From contig CM082585.2 of NCBI GenBank assembly GCA_040954595.2, positions 9,001,649 to 9,065,648 of the forward strand: a DNA stretch of 64,000 bases, in the 5' to 3' direction. Position 1 is the first letter of the stretch. Every line of letters begins with the position of its first letter. This document shows, piece by piece, positions 12,956 through 24,600 of this stretch. Under the pieces are notes generated by a model, which had not been told where the DNA came from, made no database searches, and worked only from the letters and a program-made list of their open reading frames with translations. The position numbers and the translations under genes were made by a program. Origin of the DNA: Balanoglossus misakiensis (Eukaryota > Animalia > Hemichordata).

Positions 12956-15274
12956 CTACAGAGGAATAAAAAGAAGCAAAGAAGGGAAAATTACCATCAT
13001 GTCATATACAGAAAGATGTGTGATAAACTTACCACGGCGTCGGTAAGAAAGCATTGTTATTCGCCAGGGCTACAATCAGCTTTGGCCAATAAAACTACAA
13101 AATGTTCGCAGCGGTCCTGGCGTGACACCGGGGACCATAGAACACGACTCAGATTGCACAAATATCCGGAGAACATGAAAAATTGGATTGCTAGAATCGG
13201 ATTTAGTTGCGGATTTGCGTGGGAATTATCCGTAATCGTGTCGCCCGGAGTCAAATTAGGACGATTTTTTTCCTCAAAACTTCCAACATGCAGACTTCAT
13301 TTTTTTTCTCTACCAGTGAGAAAAGAACAACTGACGCGACGGAATCCTTAGAGAGTTACAGGGTTTCTTTGAAACATTCCGCAAATTTCGCCGAAAATTG
13401 GTAGGGGCAAGCGTAATCGGGCAAATAGCGGTGTTTGTATGTTTTAACAACCGTAATATGGAGCACGGGGTTGATCCACTAAAAAACGGCGATAGCAGCT
13501 GTGTCGATTACACTCTTACTAAAATGTCATCGACTTGGCTGTAAACAAAACCAGCCGAGTCACAGTTGTTATTTCGGCTAACCCGACCCAAAGTATATCG
13601 ATCTTTCTCTCTCTCTCTCCCTCTCCGCGGTCGTCGGTTTTAGTTGTGCTTTTTGAAATCAAACAGGGAACAGTCGAGATTTGGTCGCTCAGAAGACATG
13701 CACAGAAACGGCGAAAAACCCGAACGCCGGAAGCTTCAGTGTGCGCTGGGTTTACCGTTTACAACCACTGCGGACAATAATGTACAAAAGACATCATGGG
13801 GGCAAAAAACACTTGGGTTTCAAGCTGCCAGTAGCTCTCCAACCCCGCGGTAACAGTACATGCAACAGTAAAAAAAGGGGCAAAAACAACCCTAAAATCA
13901 ACATTTCACAAATAAAGTTGAAAAGAAAATGACAAAACGAGAATCCCGAAGCGAAAAATCGTCAGGGATTCGCGGAAACTCTGACGATAACAGAAACTTG
14001 AAAGTTGGCGACCAAATCTGGCGGGAGGCGAACTTTTGAAACTTATAGTCACAACAAGCGATTTCAAAATATTTACATCGGTGTTGTGGGGTGTGTGTAT
14101 GTGTGTCTGTGGAGGGCAATGACAGAAAGTCTACCGTCTTACCTGTATGCGTTCGTTTATGAATTTTTAAGTTTTCCGATCTGGCGAAGACTTTTCCGCA
14201 GCCGGGAAAAGGACAAGGGAAAGGTTTTTCGCCTGTGTGGACTCGGACGTGATTGACAAGTTTGTACTTCGCTTTGAACGGTTTTAAGTTCCTCGTGCAA
14301 TTTTGCCAATAGCACGTGTGGTTCGATTGTTCTGGCCCCCCAATGTGCTCAACTGTTATGTGTGTCACTATTTCGTGCATTGAAGTGAAAGTCTTGTTGC
14401 ACGGTTTCTTGGGGTTCGGCTGTTCCTGGTCGACCCACATGCACGTCAACTCCTGTTTAATCGGCTGGCGCATGTATCGGAAAAACGCTCCCGGTCCGTG
14501 GGCCGGGTTCATGTTCATATTCATGTTCATATTCATGTGGTTCATGTTCATGGGATTCATGTGCGGGTTGTGGTGCAACTGGGGCGACGTCAGGTGCTCG
14601 TTCCGCGGACTCGTCACCTGGTTGAACTGGTCGGCTCCTCTGTACATGTCGCTGGGAATGGTCAGGCGCATTTGCGTGTTGACGTGATGGGGAGCCGCGT
14701 GGTGCGGGCCCGCCTGCTCGTGCAGCCCCGGAAAAAGCACATGCGACGAGCTCCCGACGTCGGAATGACCGTGGGGTCCGTAGTTGGTGGTCGGGACGAA
14801 CATACTGTGGTGCGGCGCTGTGTTGGCGGCCAGGCTCTCGTGGGAGGCGAGGCTGGTTCCCAGCGGCACGGCGGATCCGGTGAGATGCTCTCTTCGCAGG
14901 AGGAAGTCCCGGCTGGCCGAGAGTGCCTGCGCCGTGTAGCTGGTGACATGGCCGTGCGCGTGGTGGCTGTGCGAGTGCGGCACATAGCCGTTGGTCTGCG
15001 GGCTAAAATTGCTGGCTGCGCTACTGGTCTCCATGTGGTGCGGCGGGCTGAGTTTCAGTGCCCCCATGTGTGCCGCTTCCATGCCGTACGGGTTGAGCCC
15101 CATGCCGGACGACTCCGTAGTAGATTCGCTTGAATGGTGTGCATGCGGAGCTAATCCAAACGTCGACATCCCATTAATATTTTGATGCGAGGTAACATCA
15201 ACCAGTCGCAGAGCTGCGTTGCGTTTGCTCAGTCCGTGATCCATGTACGTCGACTGCAGAGTCTCCGCAGTCAT
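12489..15274 (-). CDS. zic: Zic family zinc-finger transcription factor (odd-paired homolog), spliced join(complement(14143..15274),complement(12489..12955)), 1599 nt, 532 aa
   Basis: Five C2H2 fingers with Zic signature sequences ([94 protein letters not shown]). ZOC motif SRDFLLRRE (14888-14914), ZF-NC motif [14 protein letters not shown] (14450-14491), C-terminal NLSEWYV. Exon lengths 1132+467 keep the frame. Confidence 0.97.
12956..14142 (-). other. Zic intron, 1187 bp, GT-AG, phase 1, between ZF3 and ZF4 (position of the conserved bilaterian Zic A-intron)
   Basis: GTAAGA donor, polypyrimidine tract and TAG acceptor. It splits the Gly codon of the HTGEKP linker. Confidence 0.93.
14143..15274 (-). 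CDS. zic: Zic coding exon 1 (N-terminus, ZOC, ZF-NC, ZF1-ZF3)
   Basis: ATG at 15274. Zic similarity stops at HTG, where the minus strand reads CAT ACA G|GTAAGA (consensus donor). Length 1132 nt = phase 1. The in-frame Met11 (15244) is an alternative start. Confidence 0.95.
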
Positions 15275-15379
15275 CGGTGATTTTTAAACTGCGCTGCACC
15301 AAAAGGAAATGCTACCCTGCAAATGAACGTTCACTTTTGGAAAGAAGCACTGAAAGTGTCCCCTCGTTCGCATGCATAC

Positions 15380-15630
15380 ACTGCTTGTTAGACGCCCAGC
15401 GTGAACGTATTACGGGTAATTATAGTGCCACACGATTGGTTGCTTTGTGTTGAGTGACAACTTGACAGTTGATGAACCAATAGATGCTTTGATAGCGGTG
15501 TCGCGCCTGCGCACTGGCGTGTTGTCTGATTTCATAGCATTTCGCGAGGATTTGGAGATGTCATTCCACGGCCCTCCCGCTGCGGACGCCTTGTTTCACC
15601 ATGATTGGATACGTGTGTAGCGGGGAGGCT
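15380..15630 (-). promoter_or_regulatory. Putative Zic proximal promoter
   Basis: Within ~350 bp upstream of the ATG: TATA-like TATAATTA (minus, 15424-15417), CCAAT boxes (15435-15439, 15477-15481, 15604-15608), TCF/LEF CTTTGAT (15487-15493), TGACAG (15463-15468), NRF1-like GCGCCTGCGCA (15503-15513). The TSS is not determined. Confidence 0.55.
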
Positions 15631-18600
15631 TCGTACTCTCTTCGCGTTCAACTCGTCTGGCACTCCACTCACTCACTCCCCTGTACATGTGATCTGGTGC
15701 TCTACACCGAACCACCGCCCGCACAGTGGCGTCCAACGAAACTGATGAGCGAAGAAGGAGAGAGAGAAAAAAACTAGCCGGGGTTTGCCCGACTACTAGC
15801 TTCGAACTTCGAAGCTGTTTGAACCGCACCACGGGGTTAATGTCTAAACACCGACAGAGCAGTCGGGCAAAACATCAATTTAAATCCATCGGCTACTAGT
15901 CGATCGGTGTAACACCACTTGCAACACGAGTCGAGCGGCACCGACTACCGAGGACCATAAAAAATCATTTAATAGCGCCATAAAACATCTCAATAAAGCC
16001 ATCGGTGGAAAAACTTTTTCCGGTTCCACGGGCCCAGCGAGTAAGAAAACACCAAGTACGAAACAAACAGATGTCTGTTTCAGTTTCAAGTTGCTCGCCT
16101 GGGTAAGTTATTGCGTTACGTCACTCTTTAAACGAGGTTTGGAAATAAAATGGCCATCCGCACTGGAGGCCTTGAGACAGCAGATAAAAAGGGGGCAGTT
16201 TTCACTCGATGGGCATGTATGCTTAACAAAACGCGAACTACACCCCGAAACAAAACGGGCTTTTTGTGTCTTTAAACGCACTGGTGTTGATGGGTGGGGG
16301 AAGAAAACGACAACATCGCGCTGAACAAAGGCAGGCGACAATCTCCCCATTTGTTTATTATCACCAATAAACATTTTGCTGTCAACGGACGCGTGGTTTT
16401 GTGCGCGGCATTGAGTGGGTGCCCTCACACTTTTTGCCCAGAGTCGATTTATTTTCCCCCGGCCAGAGCGCAAGTTGACGAATGCCAACGGTAGATGACC
16501 AACTTCCTGTGACGTAATAAATAAACAAATGCACCACTATCTGCTGGGATTTAAGGATTTTAAGCTTCGGAAACTTTTACTTTATCAAAATAAACAACTT
16601 CAAATCGCATTTGCGATAAGTTTGGTGATTGTTGCGCCCGAGTTCGGTCCATGGGGGCAACGCAACGCCCCTGGACTCGAAAACAAACCAGGGAATGAGC
16701 GTATGTGTGATATATTGTGAAATTAGCCACGTCTGTGACGAACTGATTTTCGGTTTCCACGGCTAGGGCGCCCCACTTAGTCGCGCAGTGGTACAACTCA
16801 AATTTACCCACGGTGTGTCCGCCGCGCCCCCGTTCAACTCGTGGTTTCAGTTTTACCAGACTGTCCCATTCCATTCCACACACGGAAGATCTAGCCTTGA
16901 GAAATATACAAAAAAAGTCCTACTTTGATTTGAAGACATCTCATACAAACAGATGGTTTGAGGGGCGGGATTCTAATAAATTTGAAGTGTATAAACCGTT
17001 TGCCTCCCCCCGGTTCACAAATATACAAGTAGGTATGATTAGATCAGCTGGACGTTACAGCGTGTTTAATTGTTGAGTTAAGAACAGCGGATGAGTTTCA
17101 TCATCGCACTCGTGGGGACTAAACCAGGCAGCCAGGGCAAGCGTCTTTTCACCCTGAGAAAGAAAAAAAAAATCACTCACGGTAAAAGCGAGTTGACTTC
17201 CGACACGGTGTATGTTTATTGTCCAACAACACAAAAGATTCCCCCCCCCTCAATATTTGTCTTCTGCCCAGAAAGTTACTGTAAAACTCTAAACAAGGGA
17301 GGGCAATATACGTGTGACTTAGACCAGCCCCTACTCAGCGGGTGATGTTTACCTTCGCCGACAATAAAAATTAATTAACAGTCCTAGGTGAAGAGTTGTA
17401 CAACGTCAACGATGATTGACAGCTTGGAGGGCACAAAGAGGGCTCCACCCTCCACTCAGTTTAACCAGCGCCAATGTGGTGGGACAAAAACGTTTTTCAC
17501 TGCCCTGACAAAGGTTTGGCATTCCCAACTAAGGACTACATGAATGTCGCTCGTTCACTCCCCATAGAATGGACAACAATATGCATAATTTAGGCTATTA
17601 GGGGTTCGCACGTTGGGCTTGTTCTGGACGGATGGTCACTGGTTTTACTTTTTTTTTAACGGTAGTCGGTGTTTTCATCGGCGCAAGTTGCCGTTTAACC
17701 TATCAGGAGGCGATCGAGTGCGGTCTAGCACCGAGGGAGGGAGAGGGAGAAAGAACATGCTTCCAAACAAAGACGACATGATAAATCCCCCCCCCAAGTC
17801 GTGACAAACTCTCCCCTCCAATGTCAACGTTGACAGCTTCTCCACCCGTTATATTGAACTTCCGCAAACACGTGCAACGCCAACAGCCTGTAAATCTACT
17901 ACGAGTTTTATCAGTTAGGGGTGGAATTAGCGAAAGTTGCGGAGAGGGGAAACGCCTCGCGTGTTACTTCCAGCTGAGCGCCGCTATCAACTTTCTTATC
18001 CGTCAGTTTGGAAGGACTTCGCTGACAACTGCCCTGTGAGACTTATTCCAAATAAACTAGGTGTAATTGTACATATGATAGGTCGGTATTAGCGTCTAAT
18101 CAATTGTGAGGATTTCCTGGCAGTGTTGGCTAAGACCATCTGGTGTGATTATTGGCATTTGGCTATTAGCTATCAGAAATTAATTAGACGGTTAGCCAAG
18201 GCCCGTGTCATGTCCGCTGTGTTGTGTGTACACTCACTCGGTGTTTGCGTACACTCGCGCGTGGGGAGCGGTGTGGGTTCAGTCGATCGAAACCCCCCTC
18301 TTCACCGCAAGTGTAGGAATTCCTGGAATTTCCCCTTCGTTGCTCGCTGAATTTTTTTTTATCTTCCAGCGCGATTTTCCCCCGGACAATGCAACGGTTT
18401 GGGGGATGAGAAGACAGCGTCGTTGGTCCCCCAAAGCTTGTCGATACACTTGGACAAATGTGACAAAACAAGCTACCGTTTTACGCCTTTAGAGATGCCT
18501 GCGTGAGCGGGCCTTTGTTGGTATTTGCCAAAGTGGAAAAATCAACCACCCAGCTAATCACCGCCGAATGAGCGACTAATTCTCCGGACAATCCCCCGAG

Positions 18601-21600
18601 AAAAGACCAGTGTCTTGCACGCCCGGTTGTCAGTGACACGGAGCCCAGATTTCGGCAAAATAAGAAGTTCCCCCCACAGCCAGACACCCCTTGAGTGAAG
18701 TGGTGTAAAAACAAATATAACCTCCCCCGCCCCTCACTCCCTGCCCATCCACAAACATTAATCTTCATCGGTATCTACTTGACACTAGTGGGGAAAGACT
18801 CACACGGGCTGGCCCTACCAGTACAAAGACTTGAAGGGGTCTGATGAATCTGATTGTCACCCCAACCAAGGGCCTTTGAATTGCCTTTTTTGTTTGAATT
18901 CTCAATAGGCTATCATTAGAGCCCACCACTATTTGTGTAACGATGTTGAGATGTGTACATTTCCTATTGTCCGTTTCCAAGTGTCAATATTCCGTTCGCT
19001 AGGTTTTTTTCACAATTGCTGGCCCAACCCGTCATTTTCCTGACGTGCAGCTCTCAGTGTTTTTCCTGGTGTGGTGAATCGACCATGGAGGTATACCTCT
19101 ATGAATCAACCAACCAACAAACCGATCAATCAACAAATGTCAATTTCATTGACGTTGGCTGTTTTTTCTTACTTGACGCGAAGGTGCTTGGTGATCCTCG
19201 GAATGGCATGGGCCGATTCACACTGCAAGCTCACTGCAATATTCATGGCAATTAGGCTAATCGTCGTCCCTTTTCGGGTCGATCGATGGCCGCTGTACGC
19301 CCCGCCTGTGTGTATCAAGCAAAGACTTATGACATGGGAGGTCTTGGGAGTCGCTTGACAAAATCGATAACAAAGCGAGGGGCGGTCTCAGCAAGCAGAG
19401 TGCCCACACTTTGTTCCAAAACAATAAAGACTAAACATAAATAATAATAATAAAACAACAGTAGGCAATTCACTGCAACAACATTGCTTCAGTTTTGAAG
19501 CTAACTTTGTAAGAATAAATCATGGACATTTCTCCTATCGATTTCCTCCGCTGAAAAAAAACGTTCCATCGCAGACAGGATCGGAGGCGAGGAGGTGCCC
19601 ATGTTAATGTTTTAAGTACACGTGCATTGCGCACAAAACTCTGCGTGGATCAACAGAGGAACCGGCTAGCCTACAATTAGGCCAATTTTCAAGCCAATTT
19701 TCTCGCCTGAAATATCGTCTGCATGTGGCCCTAACTTTTAAACTCTTGGCGGCTGCCTTTTCCCCCCCGACCGCTGCGCTCGTTCGCTCAGGGCTGGGAG
19801 CGAGTTTGAGGGGCAATTTCCGAAATAATCGGGCGTAGATAGAAGGTATGTGTATTGCGATGGACCCCTTTGGGCTGCGTGAAATGCCGCCCTCGTTTGG
19901 GATTTTAATGGCCTCGTTTACGGCTATCTTGCAAACGCACTGTGAATATTTTGACGCTACGCTGGGTCGCATGAAATGACAGTAGACTTAAAAGTGTACT
20001 GAAGATAATTCCAAAATGTCATACCTTGAGGGATAATTTTAACTTGAAAGTGTCTCATTCTATGAAGAAAAGGTGGAAGTCCACTTATGTTGGCCAGGTA
20101 GAGCCTAGGACTAGTGTAAAAGGTCTATTTTCAAAGGTTGAGTGTAACAATCAAGCGTAAAACCCCAGAATAATATCATCTCCGTGTGAATAAATCACAG
20201 TAGGGAGCTCCCCCGGCGAAAAGGTAAATTTCACAGGCGCATAGTTTTTAATCAAAAATCACAAAAAATGGATTTCCCGAGACCTGCGCGCGCAATTTGT
20301 TCCTGGTCTTATTCAGTGGCTCAAAGTGGTGGACCGCTGCGAGAAGGAAATGAACACGGTTGCCGGGGGAAACGGACATCTCCACCATCCAGCGCTGAAA
20401 CACCCTAATGCATATCGGGGGTTGATCTCCTCCATCGATACAGAGCATATTTCTTCGGTTTGAGCCAAAGGGAAACCTTCAACAAAACAGGGCGATTCTG
20501 AGTTCAGCTCAGTCGCTTTGCTTAAAGGGGCAAATTGCAACAGCGCCAAAAAAGAGTGCTTTTTCATTACTCGTCACCGATTCATTTTGAATACGGTTTC
20601 GCCGCAGGCTGGCAGATTCAATTTTCTACTCACAAAATAAAAATAAGCGAACGCGGGGATTTCACGGGGAAAATTAAACGATAAATCTTTTTAATAGATA
20701 CATTAAATACAAACACCCCCCAAAAATGGCCATACCTTTCAGTGTCTGCGTTAAAGCCCATTCTTAGCAAATGCACGATATATTTTTAGAGAGGTGTGTT
20801 AATTCCTGGCGTGCCGAAAATTCGCCTGTAAGTGTTGCGGCGGTAGTCTCGATAAAAGGGCTTACGGGGGAGACGGAGGGGGGGGGGGGGTTGGCTTGGG
20901 GCGAAAAAAACACCACTAATGCAACAGTCTGCTTGTGGGTTATCGGCGAGCACGGAGGCACACTACGGCAAACACGATTGGGGCAATTATGAATGCAGAT
21001 TGGCGCTGTTGAGTCATAATTATATTTGGCAATGAAAAGTCATCATTTACCATTCCCTGCGACAAAGAACCGACGCGTGAGGCACTTTTTTTTCCACGAA
21101 CGAGTCGTTAGAAATAAGTTCTCCAAACATCATACAAATCAAACAAGTTGTACATGAAATGCTGTATTCCAACTATACGAGGAAGTTCCCTCTGCATTAA
21201 GACTGCTCCGTCGTTGCACCCCCTTGATCTCACCAACTCAATTCATCACTTCAAATTTCAAGCTATCAATAATAATTGTTTGACCACGAATTAGCAAACA
21301 AAAAAACGTTCCCATTGTTTCCCTCAACCGCACGTTGATTTTGGAAACCGGGGAGCGTCTCTTCATATAATTTATATATTTTCGCAGCATCGGTCTCGTC
21401 ATGTATCGGGTTTGTTGTAAAGTTCCGACAGTGCAATATAAAGTCATTGCTCCCCCGTAAGAGTTCTAGTAAAACTGTAAGTACAGGGAACAGTTTTGAC
21501 GTGCGATTACCCTTATAAAGCGGACGTGCTCGTTTCAATTCTAGTATAAGTACACGACTAACCTAGACTAGTAATATGTTAACTGGGGATAAATTTCACT

Positions 21601-24600
21601 AAACATTTAAAGGTCAGTTTTACTTTTTCAAGTGAAGAGATATATTATATTTAAAGTTATATTCCAAGGGGAAATGATGACGTTCACATAACATTATATC
21701 CCACTAAATCTCTTGAAGGCCTACTCTTTATCAAATAAGCACAGAACCCGATTTCTGGAGTTGATCATGGCGACATTTTCTTCCAATTTAAAATATTAAG
21801 GTCAAGGACAAGGTGTGTTTATTTTACCTGTTTCAAATCAAAACGATCATAATTGGTCATCGTAATCCTTGATCCAGTGGGGGGAAGTTGCCGGAGTGTC
21901 TCCACTGGAAACGGGCAAACGGAACGCATTAAAGGCAGACCCACCCGCTGGGAAGCGATGCTACCAACGAACGGGGAAACTGTTAACTTTCAAACTGCGG
22001 TGTCTTGATCCCGATCGCGGGGGCGTCGTCATCCCCGTCGCCGTCGACGTCTGCCGTCACCCTCTTCAGGGTTAAGTTCCCGCGCTCGGTCCGGCGACGT
22101 TTTGCGCCATTTGTAACCGGTTTCCAATTACGCTTCGATTTATCTGAAAGTAAACGAGAAAGGAGCGATTGATTTACTGATCCAGAAAACGTATCGCCGA
22201 TTTCACGTCAGTGCCGTGTCTCCTTTTCAGCGCTCGTGAATTTGCGTACTTTAACACGTCTCCATGAATCTTCATAAATCGAACGATAGTCGGAGACAGC
22301 CAGCGAGAACTCTGGACCAATTATTGCCAATATTTCACACAGAAACAGGCTTTCCCGCAGGAAATTGAAAGTTATTGTGTTAGATACAGATCACTTTAAT
22401 CAGATTTGTCTCGGGTTCGTGTTAATGATTTTTAAACGGGGTTTAAGTCTGGATAAATCACCGATTAATTACGCATAGATTTTCAGGTGGCGAAATCTGC
22501 ATAAATTAACATAATTAAGTCTAAACGTGTAACTCTAATTTGAGACAGCTCAGTAGTGCAGCAAATAACATCGTATGGTACAGAAACATTTAATACGATA
22601 CTCGTTAGAAAACAAAAAATTATGAGTTGATTTTCTGTGGAGTTTGCGCAGTTGGAGGAAGCCAGTGTTGACTAGTACTTGCTAGCTCACAATGGGACAT
22701 CGTTGCCTGTCCCATAAAATGATCTAGCAGTCTGATATCTATGACTGCATGTCTGTCTGCCCCTCTGTCTATCTGTTTGCCACCATGCTCGCCCCGGCAC
22801 CTGTCTATCTGTCTGTCTATTTCTCTGTCCGTCCCTGGCTGTTAAGCCCGTTCTCCCAAGAGTAAGACCGTGAGTGTTTGAAATACACAGACGCGAAGAA
22901 AAAAATTAATTAGATTAAATAACAGGTTTGTACAGTGTTTATTCGTGCATTATCACAAATGTGAATTTCCACCAGCGGCGGGACAGTGGAATCATAGACT
23001 ACACTGCCCATCAACCGCCGGTGTCTCTATCCGGTGAAAATGGTATCGTCACAAGTAATTACCACCAGGGGAGTATTTTGCGACTAATGGAGCAAAACTT
23101 ATGGTGAAATTGCAGCGAGACAGATTTACGGCCGCTGGGGGAGAGCGCGGGGATATCAACGCGATATGCCCATTTCGGCGGTTATGAATTACGGCTGCAA
23201 CAGACCATGAAATCCCCAAAAATGAAACTGTGATCGCTTCATCGGTCGTCCGCGACGATGGCGGGGGTATTTTTTTCTACCCTGCGCACGGACGGCCGGA
23301 GGGTTCAGAGTATAACATTACCAGCAGGTCTAAACACACAGTCACTCACTCTCCCTCTCTCTAAGAACAATTGACGTAACTTCAAATGATTGATAGGTTT
23401 TCGATCTATCGATGGATGGATGGATTTTAATTAGCGCTCTGGTCCATGTGCTGGGAAAGCGATACAGATATGTTAAAGGGACTATCCAGCAAGATCGCTC
23501 AACAATTTCTGATAATTATTTTAAGTCTCTAGAGTACTATTTCACCATGATTAAAAATCACACGCTTAAATTTAGCGTTATTTGTGTCCCGTTTTATCAA
23601 TCACCGCAATTAAAACCCCTTTGACATTAATTAAAAGAGTGAAAATTTAGAATGGTCGGCTCCATTAGCATTTATAATACATTTGACCTATGGACCGTTT
23701 TATCATCAAGACTCACGGTGATTATTTCCAGGTTTGATTCAATGCAGGTCAATCATCCGTTTTCGCCAGCAGAGTACCTGTCTTTTGTGTATTTAAAACG
23801 GAATACACGTTTGTGTTGATGGAGATGGCAACTTCTCGTTTAGGTTCCGAGCCCTGTTTGCCAAAAGCAACTGACACAAAAATTAAATGTACGGGATATT
23901 ATGGCCATAACATTTCCGCCACTTTGATAAGCGTGAAAACTCCGCGCTCTAGTTTGCTAATCGCGCCATAATCCTTCCTTAATTAAAGGATTTACTAATT
24001 ATTTATTCATTATCGACTGTATTGGTCTCGGCAAATTGTGTCCCCTATCCAGTAATTAGTATTTCTTTCTTTCCCATCAACAGTTTGCCTATTTGCAAAA
24101 CCCCGGTGGTTGATGATATTTTTGAGTGATGAGGCAAAGCGCGCGGGTTGCTTCGCAGTGGGTTGGCACGAGGCCGAAATAAAATTTCACCAAATCGATT
24201 AGTCGTTGCAAAGATATCCCGCGGTTTCTCGCTGGGATATGGAGTGATCGACAAAGAATCCCGTAATTTTCGGAAATTATGGCAACTAGCAGGGTTTTTT
24301 TTCGTCGCGGTGTCGTCTGCAGCTATCCGGGCTCTCTGGCTCTGCCCTGTGTAACTGTTCCCGTGCCAGTCTCCTTGTCTGTGCTCCGGTGTCTGTGTGC
24401 CTACTTGTTCTACCCTTGGTCCTCGTCCGTTCGAAATTGTTTGTTTCCATTACCACCATCCCCAGGTCGCTCTGTTCCCGCGTCTATCTTTCTCAGACTT
24501 GTTTGTCCCAATTTCTGTCCCTTAACCTATTCGACCCCCTTCTCTGCCTGCCTGTCTCTCTCTGTCTGTCCGTCCCTTCCCGAACAACCATTTGTACCAA

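Noticed and set aside
13898-14142. Last ~80 aa of the listed 458-aa ORF (read-through after HTG)
   Set aside because: Intronic: a consensus GTAAGA donor starts exactly where Zic similarity ends. There is no evidence for a retained-intron three-finger isoform.
14316-15185. Plus-strand ORFs (211, 123 and 64 aa) antisense to Zic exon 1, and similar overlapping ORFs at exon 2
   Set aside because: Shadow ORFs caused by the GC-rich codon usage of Zic; no recognisable protein.
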